Assembly (NCBI GenBank): GCA_017558175.1 | Contig: JAFYWH010000136.1 | Span: 1-57,901, forward strand | From: Bacteroidaceae bacterium | Lineage (GTDB): Bacteria; Bacteroidota; Bacteroidia; Bacteroidales; Bacteroidaceae | DNA length: 57,901 nt | Direction: 5' to 3' | Shown: positions 50,335 to 57,901 of the stretch, in pieces | Layout: every line of letters begins with the position of its first letter | Position numbering within the stretch: the stretch's first letter is position 1 | The notes under the pieces: generated by a model | What the model saw: only the letters and a program-made list of their open reading frames with translations | What the model was told of the DNA's origin: nothing | Databases searched by the model: none | Made by a program: the position numbers and the translations under genes

Positions 50335-51288
50335 ATGGAACAACATTATAAAGACATCGAGCTACGGAGCGAAGAGGTGCAGGAGGTGATGAACCGGGTC
50401 CCTCCCGCCATTCTGCGTTACGGCATTGGGATATTGACAACCATCGTTATGGTACTGCTCATAGGGAGTGCGCTGTTCAGTTATCCCGAATCGGTTCAGG
50501 TGGAGGTAACACTGTCTCCACATAATCCTCCGGCCTACGTCAAGTGCACAGGCGGTGGAAAACTGGAAAGGCTGTATGTGGCCAACGGGCAAGAAGTGAA
50601 GAAGGGCGATATGCTGGCAGTGATGGAAAACGTGGCCAATACGGAAGATATTCTTCTGTTGAGGACGCGCCTGTCCGACTGGCAGGAAAGAGGGGCAAGA
50701 CCGGAACAGTTAGGTATGATTTTCTTCCATCGTTTGCCAAGGTTGGGTAGTGTGCAAGGAACGTATGCCTCCTGCCTCTCGTCATGGAACAACTATCTGC
50801 AACATGCCCATGAGAACCGCATTCACGAAACGGAACTGAACAACGCCGTGGCACAACTGATGACTGCCCTCGGTGAATGGGAAACGGCCTGTTTGCCAAC
50901 CGCTCCCGTGGACGGAAAAGTGGCCTTCATGCAAATCTGGAAGAAGGGGCAGTATGTGAATGCCGGAGAAACCTTGTTTGTGATAGTGCCCGACGGGGAA
51001 TCGGAGTTCACAGGAAAGGCTTTGCTCCCCATGCAGGGTTCGGGCAAGGTACGGACGAGACAGCGGGTCGTCGTCCGGCTGTCTGGATTTCCCGAACAGG
51101 AATACGGTCGGATAGAGGGGGAAGTGGCTTCCATCTCGCCTGTTCCTGATGAGGAAGGCAACTATGTGGTGGAAATCCGGCTTACCCGTATGTCCGTCAA
51201 GCAACCGCCCGTCCTGAAAGTGATGAGCGGAACGGCGGAAATCATCGTCCGCGAACAGAGTTTACTGAAAAGAATCTTTAACCATTAA
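50335..51288 (+). CDS. HlyD family membrane fusion protein
   Basis: RSEEVQEV, one TM, V.NGQEVKKGD..A lipoyl half, APVDGKV, FPEQEYG. Confidence 0.88.
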   Translation: MEQHYKDIELRSEEVQEVMNRVPPAILRYGIGILTTIVMVLLIGSALFSYPESVQVEVTLSPHNPPAYVKCTGGGKLERLYVANGQEVKKGDMLAVMENVANTEDILLLRTRLSDWQERGARPEQLGMIFFHRLPRLGSVQGTYASCLSSWNNYLQHAHENRIHETELNNAVAQLMTALGEWETACLPTAPVDGKVAFMQIWKKGQYVNAGETLFVIVPDGESEFTGKALLPMQGSGKVRTRQRVVVRLSGFPEQEYGRIEGEVASISPVPDEEGNYVVEIRLTRMSVKQPPVLKVMSGTAEIIVREQSLLKRIFNH

Positions 51289-51300
51289 AAATATAAGGAC

Positions 51301-51471
51301 ATGGAACAAGAACAACAAGATATACGGAAAGAACTGAATGGACTGATTGAAACCTATTACGACGGCTCCTTCGCCCGACTGGTGCAAGAGTACATCCGCG
51401 CTTCCGGCATGTCGGAAGAAGAAAGGGAGATGCTGATGGAAGCGATTCATTACATGAAAGAAAATGTTTAA
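51301..51471 (+). CDS. 56-aa protein resembling the BlaI/MecI/CopY C-terminal dimerisation domain
   Basis: Not in the ORF track. MEQEQQDIRKELNGLIETYYDGSFARLVQEYIRASGMSEEEREMLMEAIHYMKENV, 12 nt after the hlyD stop, A-rich upstream. Confidence 0.55.
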   Translation: MEQEQQDIRKELNGLIETYYDGSFARLVQEYIRASGMSEEEREMLMEAIHYMKENV

Positions 51472-51479
51472 AACCATTG

Positions 51480-51599
51480 TTTTCTATACATCTCTACATG
51501 GTTATATGTAAAACACTGCCAATCAGCATCTAAAACTCGTAAAAAGACATGCAAAGAACATATAGGAAACTTATTTCTATACATATTCCTTACATCCAT
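51480..51599. repeat. TACAT-iteron block, left arm of diverged inverted repeat around virE
   Basis: Aligns by eye with the reverse complement of 53967-54069. Confidence 0.65.
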
Positions 51600-51649
51600 A
51601 AATAAAATCATGGATACCGCGTAATATAATTGGTTGATATTCAATATAT

Positions 51650-51703
51650 AACCTCTATTCAAAACATAATGAATGGTCATTCAAAATGTTTTGAATAGAG
51701 GTT
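51650..51703. repeat. 54-bp near-perfect palindrome
   Basis: AACCTCTATTCAAAACAT-AA-TGAATG-GT-CATTCA-AA-ATGTTTTGAATAGAGGTT. Confidence 0.85.
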
Positions 51704-51885
51704 CGCAATATTCTGAATATTGATTCAATGTATTATAAACAGGAATTACACCAAGATTCTACAACATATTCATGTAGAGAAAAAGTGATTGGAGCATATT
51801 TTCATGAAGAATAATGGGCTAAATACTTGACTTTCGATGCTGTATTTTGTATATTTGTAGAAAATAGTGCGACAAACAAAAAAAC

Positions 51886-53970
51886 ATGAAAATAGGAGTA
51901 ATTCGACAGGAAAATGCGACCGAAGTGTGCAGCACCTGTTCCATAGAAACGTTTATGGAGAAAGTAAAGAAGGGAACCAAAGGGAAGTATATTTCGCTAT
52001 TGAGGGAAAGTCTGCCTTCCCTTCAGGGTACCAAGGAGCGTTTTACCTACCTGGACAAGATACCACGCATCTACCCGGTGGCAGAGTATCAACGTACAGC
52101 GGACAGCAGCTGGAAATTCAAGCAATATAATGGTATCGTACTGATAGAGGTGAACCGCCTTTCGGGACAGGCAGAAGCGGAATTCGTCAAATCGAAGGCT
52201 GCGCTTCTGCCACAAACTTTCGCAGCCTTGGTGGGGTCAAGCGGCCGAAGCGTCAAGATATGGGTACGTTTCTCCCTACCTGACGGCAGCTTGCCGGAAA
52301 GCGAAGAAATGGCTTCACTATTTCATGCCCAAGCCTATAGGGTAGCGATACAATGTTACCAACCGCTCATCCCTTTCTCCATCACACTGAAGGAACCTTC
52401 CTTGCGACAGAGTTTCCGCATGACAGTGGACAAAACACCTTATTATCATCCCGGTGCAGCGGCTTTCTGCATAGAGCAGCCGGCTGGCCTGAGCGACGGG
52501 ACTTCTTTCCGCGAACAGAAGCTGGCAGAAGAGAACCCGCTGGCCCGTATGGATCTGACATACGATTCCTACCACACACTGACCGTGACATACCAAGCTG
52601 CACTGAAACGTGCACTCGACACATTGGAGGATTGGAAGAGGGGGGATGAACTCTTCCCGCTGCTGGCTCCGCTGGCCGAGGAGTGCTTCAAGTCCGGCAT
52701 CCCCGAAGAGGAGGCCGTGTGTCGTACCCAGCGACATTTCACCTATCACAAGGACGAAGCAGGCTTGCGTGCAACCTTCCGGAACGTCTATACGGAAATG
52801 AAAGGATTCGGGAAGCGAACTTCCGTAACCCGCGAACAGGATACGGCCCTACGCTTGGAAGAGTTTCTGAAACGACGATACGAAATCCGTTTCAACTCAA
52901 TGACCGACGATGTGGAATACCGCGAACGGAACAGTACCCGTTTCTGTTTCTCCACCCTGGACAAGCGTGCACGCAACAGCATAGCCATCAATGCCCTGAA
53001 AGAGGGTATCCAAGCATGGGACAGGGACATAGACCGCTTCCTGCATTCCAACTATGTACCTATTTATAACCCTGTGGAGGAATACCTATACGAAGTGGGC
53101 GAATGGGACGGACGTGACCGTATCCGTGAACTGGCGGACAGGGTGACATGCCGCCACCCTCACTGGCAAGACTTGTTCTACCGCTGGTTCCTGAGCATGG
53201 TAGCACACTGGTTGGGGCGCGACAAGCAGCATGGCAATGCCACTACCCCAGTGCTTATCGGTCCGCAAGGATATCGCAAGTCTACCTTCTGCCGCATCCT
53301 GTTACCTCCCGAACTCCGTTTCGGCTATACAGACAGCCTGGATTTCAGCAGTAAACGGGATGCCGAACGCTACCTGGGTCGCTTCTTCCTTGTAAATCTG
53401 GATGAATTCGACCAAATAAGTGTGAACCAACAGGCTTTCTTGAAGCACCTGTTGCAGAAACCGTCGGCCAGCCTCCGCAAGCCATACGGCACAAGCATTC
53501 AGGAAGTGCGACGATATGCCTCGTTCATTGCCACAAGCAACCACAAAGACTTGCTCTCCGACCTTTCGGGCAACCGACGTTTCATCTGCGTGGAGGTAAC
53601 GGCACCCATCGACACAAACATTACCGTCAATTACAGACAGCTCTATGCACAGGCTTTCCATGCGGTAATGCACGGTGAACGATACTGGCTGGACGATGCC
53701 GATGAGGCTCTGTTGAAAGAGAGCAACGAGGAATTCCGACAGGTATCCCCGCTGGAACATTTGCTGTTGAGCCGATTCAGTATGGCTTCGCCCGAAAATG
53801 AAGACGGTGAATGGCTGATGACCATCGAGATATTCAACACCCTACAGGAAGGTGTTCGGGAAAGACTGCCCATGGGCAAGCTGACACACTTGGGAAGATT
53901 GCTCAAAAAGTGGAACACTCCCCACAAAAGAACGGAAAAAGGCAGCCTTTATTACTTGAAAAAGCAATGA
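51886..53970 (+). CDS. VirE-like primase/helicase-type protein (BT4734-like N-domain + VirE P-loop + C-terminal DUF3874-like)
   Basis: YNGIVLIEV, GSSGRSVKIWV, GPQGYRKSTF (Walker A), NLDEFD and ASFIATSN..GNRRF. Confidence 0.85.
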   Translation: MKIGVIRQENATEVCSTCSIETFMEKVKKGTKGKYISLLRESLPSLQGTKERFTYLDKIPRIYPVAEYQRTADSSWKFKQYNGIVLIEVNRLSGQAEAEFVKSKAALLPQTFAALVGSSGRSVKIWVRFSLPDGSLPESEEMASLFHAQAYRVAIQCYQPLIPFSITLKEPSLRQSFRMTVDKTPYYHPGAAAFCIEQPAGLSDGTSFREQKLAEENPLARMDLTYDSYHTLTVTYQAALKRALDTLEDWKRGDELFPLLAPLAEECFKSGIPEEEAVCRTQRHFTYHKDEAGLRATFRNVYTEMKGFGKRTSVTREQDTALRLEEFLKRRYEIRFNSMTDDVEYRERNSTRFCFSTLDKRARNSIAINALKEGIQAWDRDIDRFLHSNYVPIYNPVEEYLYEVGEWDGRDRIRELADRVTCRHPHWQDLFYRWFLSMVAHWLGRDKQHGNATTPVLIGPQGYRKSTFCRILLPPELRFGYTDSLDFSSKRDAERYLGRFFLVNLDEFDQISVNQQAFLKHLLQKPSASLRKPYGTSIQEVRRYASFIATSNHKDLLSDLSGNRRFICVEVTAPIDTNITVNYRQLYAQAFHAVMHGERYWLDDADEALLKESNEEFRQVSPLEHLLLSRFSMASPENEDGEWLMTIEIFNTLQEGVRERLPMGKLTHLGRLLKKWNTPHKRTEKGSLYYLKKQ

Positions 53971-54069
53971 ATGTAGGGATTCATGTAAAGAAACAAGGAC
54001 TCTACATTTTCTCTACATGGATAAAGCATTGATATTCAGTAAACATGTAAAGATGTAGAGATGTAGAAA
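53967..54069. repeat. ATGTAG/CTACAT iteron block, right arm
   Basis: ATGTAGGG, CATGTAAAG, TCTACAT x2, then CATGTAAAGATGTAGAGATGTAGA. Confidence 0.75.
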
Positions 54070-54090
54070 GAAAAATAAATAAAGAAGCGC

Positions 54091-54714
54091 ATGGCAAAAT
54101 ATATCAAACAAGAAGTGCCCGACATGCAGAAAACGGGCGAACAGAAAGCCTTTTACAGGCTGAAGATAGAACACAATGTGGATTTTCAGGAGTTTGTCGA
54201 GAAACTATGCTCGCACCATTCGGGCATCAGCCGTGGAGAGGCTTTGCGAGTACTGGTCAGTGCTTCGGAAGTACTGGCCAAACTGCTGGGCGAAGGCTAT
54301 TCGGTGACATTGGACGATTGGGGTACCTTCAAGGCAACCATCGGGCTAGAGAAAGGCAAGGAAATGGACACCATAGACGGAAGCGAGAGCAAACGAAATG
54401 CGCGCAGCCTTTGCCTGAACGGGGTAAGCTTTCTGGCCGACAAGAAATTGGTGCAGCAGGCTAAGCGACATTGCAAACTGGAGCGTGCCGGCATTGTCCG
54501 TATACATCGTTCACCATATGATAAAGAGGAACGTTTGCAGAAAGCCCTTGACTACTTAGAGAAGAACAAAGTTTTGAAGGTCGGCCAATACATGAAACTT
54601 ACCGGACTGGCACATACCACAGCGGCCTGCGAACTCCGTGCCTTCAGCCAGGATGATTCGTCGGGCATCGGTTCGGTAGGACGCGGTTCGGCAGTGGTGT
54701 ATGTGAAAAAGTAA
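54091..54714 (+). CDS. Bacteroidales HU-like DNA-binding protein with C-terminal winged helix
   Basis: SRGE...VL......L.EGYSVTLDDWGTF HU-like fold; C-terminal Y..LTGL..TTA..EL. Confidence 0.8.
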   Translation: MAKYIKQEVPDMQKTGEQKAFYRLKIEHNVDFQEFVEKLCSHHSGISRGEALRVLVSASEVLAKLLGEGYSVTLDDWGTFKATIGLEKGKEMDTIDGSESKRNARSLCLNGVSFLADKKLVQQAKRHCKLERAGIVRIHRSPYDKEERLQKALDYLEKNKVLKVGQYMKLTGLAHTTAACELRAFSQDDSSGIGSVGRGSAVVYVKK

Positions 54715-54723
54715 AGAACTATC

Positions 54724-55071
54724 TCAGGTGAGGTAGTCCAAACTCTTGCGGAGCTTGACCAACTCCTCGCGGATTTCCTTCAAGCGACTGACCACCTCGG
54801 CGGTCTGGGCGGTTTTCTCCTTATTCATTTTCAAGCGTTGCTTGGCGCCTTGCAGGGTCATGCCTTTTTCCTTGACCAGATGATAGACTAAACGGATGTT
54901 CTCGATGTCTTCCTTGCGGTACTGACGGATATTGCCACCTGCTTTCTTGGGGGAAATCATCGGAAATTCCTTCTCCCAATAGCGAAGCAACGACTCGTTT
55001 ACATCGAACATACGAGCCACCTCGCTGATGGAATAATACATCTTCAAATCCTTGTTGGGATTGTATGCCAT
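54724..55071 (-). CDS. Small MerR HTH protein
   Basis: YYSISEVARMFDVNESLLRYWEKEF and KGMTLQGAK. Confidence 0.9.
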   Translation of the reverse strand: MAYNPNKDLKMYYSISEVARMFDVNESLLRYWEKEFPMISPKKAGGNIRQYRKEDIENIRLVYHLVKEKGMTLQGAKQRLKMNKEKTAQTAEVVSRLKEIREELVKLRKSLDYLT

Positions 55072-55089
55072 AGTATGCCTCCCTCCTTT

Positions 55090-56058
55090 TTAGTCGAATA
55101 CCTTACCTTGGTTGGCTGCCAACTCAATCATCTTGTCGTAATCTTCGGCACTCAAGTCCATGAAGTAGTAGTTCACCGGATTCACGGCCTTGCCCTTCAA
55201 GCGCACTTCGTAATGCAAGTGAGGACCGGTACTCTTTCCGGTATTTCCCAACTTGCCGATTACCTCGCCGCGCTTTACCTTCTGACCTACACGGACACTA
55301 TAATCGTTGAGATGGGCATACCAGGTTTCATAACCGAAGCCATGGTTCACAATAATCAGCTTACCATATCCACTCTCCCAAGCAGCTTTCTTTACCACGC
55401 CATCGCCCGTAGCATATACCGGAGTACCGATATTGGCCGAGAAGTCCATGCCCGAATGGAATTTGACAGTCTTATAGATAGGGTCAATACGTGTTCCATA
55501 GCCCGAAGCGGTCTGCTTCAAGTTCTTGTTGGCCACCGGCTGAATGGCCGGGATAGATTGCAACATTTTGTCGTGGTCCTTGAAAAGGTTCACCACTTCG
55601 TCGAACGACTTCGACTGGATATAAAGCTGGCGGTTGAGCATATCCATCTTCTGAGTGGTATTCACTACCAAGTCAGAGTTCGCCATGTCCATCAATTCTT
55701 CGTAACGGTTGGTGCCTCCATAGCCGGCCTTGCGCACGGCATCAGCCACCGGATCGGCCTGCAACACCACTCGATATAAATTGTCGTCACGCTGCTGGAT
55801 ACCTTGCATCACGCCCAACGCCTCGTCCAATCGGCGTGACAAGACATTGTATTGGGCCAACAAACGGGAGTTCTCGATACGGAGTTGATTTTCCGATGGA
55901 GAACCGAAAATCCAGAGCAAGAGAATGAAGCTTCCGGCTCCAAAGCCCATGCCCACAAACAAGCGCTTCAAAATATGGATAACACGCTGACGGAAAGTGG
56001 GGTAAACACGATCGTATGCACGCGTTTTCGGGTTGTAGATATAGTAGACTTTTCGCAT
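55090..56058 (-). CDS. M23 family metallopeptidase
   Basis: HSGMDF, YAHL and STGPHLHYEV motifs. Confidence 0.93.
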   Translation of the reverse strand: MRKVYYIYNPKTRAYDRVYPTFRQRVIHILKRLFVGMGFGAGSFILLLWIFGSPSENQLRIENSRLLAQYNVLSRRLDEALGVMQGIQQRDDNLYRVVLQADPVADAVRKAGYGGTNRYEELMDMANSDLVVNTTQKMDMLNRQLYIQSKSFDEVVNLFKDHDKMLQSIPAIQPVANKNLKQTASGYGTRIDPIYKTVKFHSGMDFSANIGTPVYATGDGVVKKAAWESGYGKLIIVNHGFGYETWYAHLNDYSVRVGQKVKRGEVIGKLGNTGKSTGPHLHYEVRLKGKAVNPVNYYFMDLSAEDYDKMIELAANQGKVFD

Positions 56059-56187
56059 CTAATTCTTTTTTTACGTTTTTAAGGTACAAGCCAAGAAGTT
56101 TTTGCACCAACTTTGCGACAAAAATAATAAAACCAATTATCTTTGCAAACTGATTTTATGAATATTAACTACAAGACTATATAAAAG

Positions 56188-57901
56188 ATGATGACAGCTA
56201 AAGAAATTAGAGAATCTTTCAAGAGTTTCTTTGAGTCAAAAGGCCACCAAATCGTGCCTTCGGCTCCAATGGTCGTTAAGGATGACCCGACTTTGATGTT
56301 CACCAATGCAGGGATGAACCAGTTCAAGGATATTATCTTGGGCAATGCTCCGGCGAAATACAAGAGAGTGGCGGACTCTCAGAAATGTCTCCGCGTAAGT
56401 GGTAAGCACAATGACTTGGAGGAAGTAGGTCACGATACTTATCACCACACCATGTTCGAAATGCTCGGCAACTGGTCGTTCGGCGACTACTTCAAGGAAG
56501 AAGCGATTGCTTGGGCATGGGAATACTTGGTGGATGTATTGAAGTTGAACCCGGAAAACTTGTACGCAACCGTATTCGAAGGTAGCACAGAAGACGGCCT
56601 CGAACGCGACAACGAAGCAGCAGGTTACTGGGAAAAGTACCTTCCGAAAGACCACATCATCAACGGTAACAAGAAGGACAACTTCTGGGAAATGGGTGAT
56701 ACAGGTCCGTGCGGTCCTTGTTCGGAAATCCACATCGACCTCCGTCCGGCTGAAGAACGTGCACAAATCAGTGGTCGCGACCTCGTGAACCACGACCATC
56801 CGCAAGTAATCGAAATCTGGAACCTCGTGTTCATGCAGTTCAACCGCAAGGCTGACGGCTCACTCGAAGGTCTTCCTGCAAAGGTAATCGATACCGGTAT
56901 GGGCTTCGAACGTTTGTGTATGGCTATGCAGGGCAAGACATCGAACTACGATACTGACGTGTTCCAACCGATGATCAAAGCTATCGCTGCTATGGCAGGC
57001 ACTGAATATGGCAAGGACAAGCAACAAGACGTAGCTATGCGCGTTATCGCCGACCACATCCGTACCATTTCGTTCTCTATCACCGACGGTCAGTTGCCAA
57101 GCAACGCCAAGGCTGGTTACGTAATCCGTCGTATCCTCCGCCGTGCGGTTCGTTATGGTTACACATTCCTCGGCCAGAAGCAGGCATTCATGTACAAGTT
57201 GTTGCCGGTGTTAATTGAAAACATGGGCGAGGCTTATCCGGAATTGAAGGCTCAGCAGACATTGATTGAAAAGGTGATCAAGGAAGAAGAAGATTCATTC
57301 CTCCGCACTCTTGAAACTGGTATCCGTTTGCTCGAAAAGACTATGAACGAAGCAAAGGCTGCCGGCAAGCAGGAAATCAGCGGTGTAGATGGCTTTACTT
57401 TGTATGATACATTTGGTTTCCCACTCGACTTGACCGAATTGATTCTCCGTGAAAACGGTATGACCGTGAACGAAGCTGAATTCAACGCTGAAATGCAGAA
57501 GCAGAAAGAACGTGCACGCAACGCGGCTGCCGTAGAAACTGGCGACTGGATTACATTGAACGAAGGCGAAACTAACTTCGTGGGATACGACTATACTGAA
57601 TACGAAACCACTATCCTCCGCTACCGTCAGGTGAAGCAGAAGAACCAAACTCTTTACCAAATCGTATTGAGCGACACTCCGTTCTATGCAGAAAGCGGTG
57701 GTCAGGTAGGCGATACAGGTGTATTGTGCAGCGAATTCGAAACCATCGAAATCATCGATACCAAGAAGGAAAACAACCTTCCTATCCACATTGCCAAGAA
57801 GTTGCCGGAACATCCGGAAGCTCCGATGATGGCTTGTGTAGATACCGACAAGCGCAATGCTTGTGCAGCGAACCACTCTTGTACTCACTTGCTCGACGAA
57901 G
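56188..57901 (+). CDS. alaS: Alanine--tRNA ligase (partial, runs off window)
   Basis: Read directly from sequence: [18 protein letters not shown]....[42 protein letters not shown] and DTGMGFERL. Confidence 0.97.
   Translation, partial: MMTAKEIRESFKSFFESKGHQIVPSAPMVVKDDPTLMFTNAGMNQFKDIILGNAPAKYKRVADSQKCLRVSGKHNDLEEVGHDTYHHTMFEMLGNWSFGDYFKEEAIAWAWEYLVDVLKLNPENLYATVFEGSTEDGLERDNEAAGYWEKYLPKDHIINGNKKDNFWEMGDTGPCGPCSEIHIDLRPAEERAQISGRDLVNHDHPQVIEIWNLVFMQFNRKADGSLEGLPAKVIDTGMGFERLCMAMQGKTSNYDTDVFQPMIKAIAAMAGTEYGKDKQQDVAMRVIADHIRTISFSITDGQLPSNAKAGYVIRRILRRAVRYGYTFLGQKQAFMYKLLPVLIENMGEAYPELKAQQTLIEKVIKEEEDSFLRTLETGIRLLEKTMNEAKAAGKQEISGVDGFTLYDTFGFPLDLTELILRENGMTVNEAEFNAEMQKQKERARNAAAVETGDWITLNEGETNFVGYDYTEYETTILRYRQVKQKNQTLYQIVLSDTPFYAESGGQVGDTGVLCSEFETIEIIDTKKENNLPIHIAKKLPEHPEAPMMACVDTDKRNACAANHSCTHLLDE

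Noticed and set aside
56236-57888. Minus-strand ORFs at the window end
   Set aside because: Antisense to alaS, which is missing from the ORF track only because it has no stop codon in the window

Overview
Bacteroidales (Bacteroides/Phocaeicola-like) chromosomal window. The housekeeping backbone runs tatD, polyprenyl synthase, tonB, cmk, ispH, pfkA, meaB, alpha-2-macroglobulin, pepD, rsmA, mgtE, tRNA-Gln, rsfS, ftsH, cdsA, lpxB, surE, parAB, mltD, relA/spoT, an M23 peptidase and alaS, and is interrupted by two accessory regions. (1) About 13.8-16.9 kb: DUF4248, a MerR-GyrI regulator and a lone PD-(D/E)xK nuclease, separated by clusters of CGCAAC iterons. (2) About 35.5-54.7 kb: an island carrying a double-glycine peptide system. 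It has a TPR-TM-HTH regulator plus DUF3244, a triple-domain GT6-GT11-LanC-like protein (the two glycosyltransferase families that build ABO blood-group H and A/B epitopes), three 6-Cys GG-leader precursors each followed by its own beta-propeller lipoprotein, a GT4, a C39-like/VKOR/thioredoxin oxidase with an apparently cytoplasm-facing topology, and a C39 ABC exporter with HlyD. It has no radical SAM enzyme. A VirE-like gene between diverged inverted repeats and an HU-like gene follow. Two dispersed REP-like families occur in the first 8.5 kb. All family calls come from motif recognition by eye; no searches were run.
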